A program made the position numbers and the translations under genes. From Octopus sinensis (Eukaryota), in NCBI RefSeq assembly GCF_006345805.1, contig NC_043012.1:37200001-37264000 (forward strand): DNA of 64,000 nt, given 5' to 3'. This document shows positions 63,223-64,000 of the stretch, piece by piece; within the stretch, counting starts at the first letter, position 1, and each line of letters begins with the position of its first letter. The notes below the pieces were generated by a model. That model searched no databases. It was not told where the DNA came from and worked only from the letters and a program-made list of their open reading frames with translations.

Positions 63223-64000
63223 TATATATATATATATATATATGTTTTGTTTTATTCTTTTACTTGTTTCAGTCATTTGACTGTGGCCATGCTGGATCAC
63301 CGCTTTTAGTCAAACAATTGACCGAATATTCAAATCATATTTTCTTGTCTTCTACTGTATGGATAAAAAGATGCTAAATACCAAATATGTGGATCTCTGC
63401 TGGTGTGAGGACCCATTCACCTTGGGCCAATATTATCAAGAACAATACCAATTAATAGGGATGAAGAACAGATTCTATGCAAATTATTCTGTCTTTTATT
63501 GGACTCTACGAAACATAGAATTTGACGGAAGATAAAGACTCTGGTGCATGGAACCATTGAATTTCAGGTTTAGTTTCTGTGGAGATTGACATGTTTGTTC
63601 TTTTATTCCAAGAGGACTTGACTCAGTTACTGTTATTCTAAGGGATTTTGAGGGGAGGGGAAGGGACAAGAGAGAAGGGGTGGTTGTGGTGGTGGTCATG
63701 GATGGTTGTAAACTAATCAGGGTTGAGTTGTAAAGGATGTGAGAATTTGAATGTTTCTTTTGTCAACACGTGTGTGTGTGTGTGTGTGTGTGTGTGGAAG
63801 AGGGAGGAATGTGCAGGATGAAGGGGATAATGGTTTGGTCTGAAGAATGAAGTGAATGGTATTGGGGAATTAATTGTCTGCTATTCTGTGGGAGATATGT
63901 GCTCTATCCATAAAGCATCAGCAAGAAAGAGAGAGACAGAGAGGGGGAGAGACAGATAAACAGGTAGAGGGAAAGAAGTGGCTGGGGGGGGGGGGTAGAT

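Overview
AT-rich, repeat-saturated animal genomic DNA, almost certainly from an octopus/coleoid cephalopod. That assignment is inferred from the tRNA-derived SINE families, RTE and R4/Dong LINE relics and the microsatellite load. Nearly all ORFs in the supplied track are microsatellite or repeat artefacts. One host gene can be assembled by eye: a minus-strand SWSAP1-like (Shu-complex RAD51-paralog) gene with two in-phase coding exons (28910-28777 and 19744-19589) and a degenerate Walker A. Its later exons were not found. Two CpG-rich promoter-like regions lie at about 45.8-46.1 kb (NRF1/ETS) and 48.0-48.5 kb (RFX X-box, E-box, CCAAT, twin CRE palindromes). The second precedes a long, uORF-rich leader of an unidentified transcript. 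The most striking hidden structure is a set of at least five sequence-distinct short elements carrying minimal type I hammerhead ribozyme motifs of the Penelope-like/retrozyme kind. Several have non-canonical cores (CUGUAGA, CCGACGA, CCGAUGA), and three are built as fold-back inverted repeats with the ribozyme in one or both arms. Also present are Helitron/Helentron-like mini-elements, TTAA-flanked piggyBac-type MITEs (nested and tandemised), Tc1/mariner relics, nested and inverted SINE pairs, and several unusual minisatellites. All identifications are by eye and from memory of the families; no searches were run.
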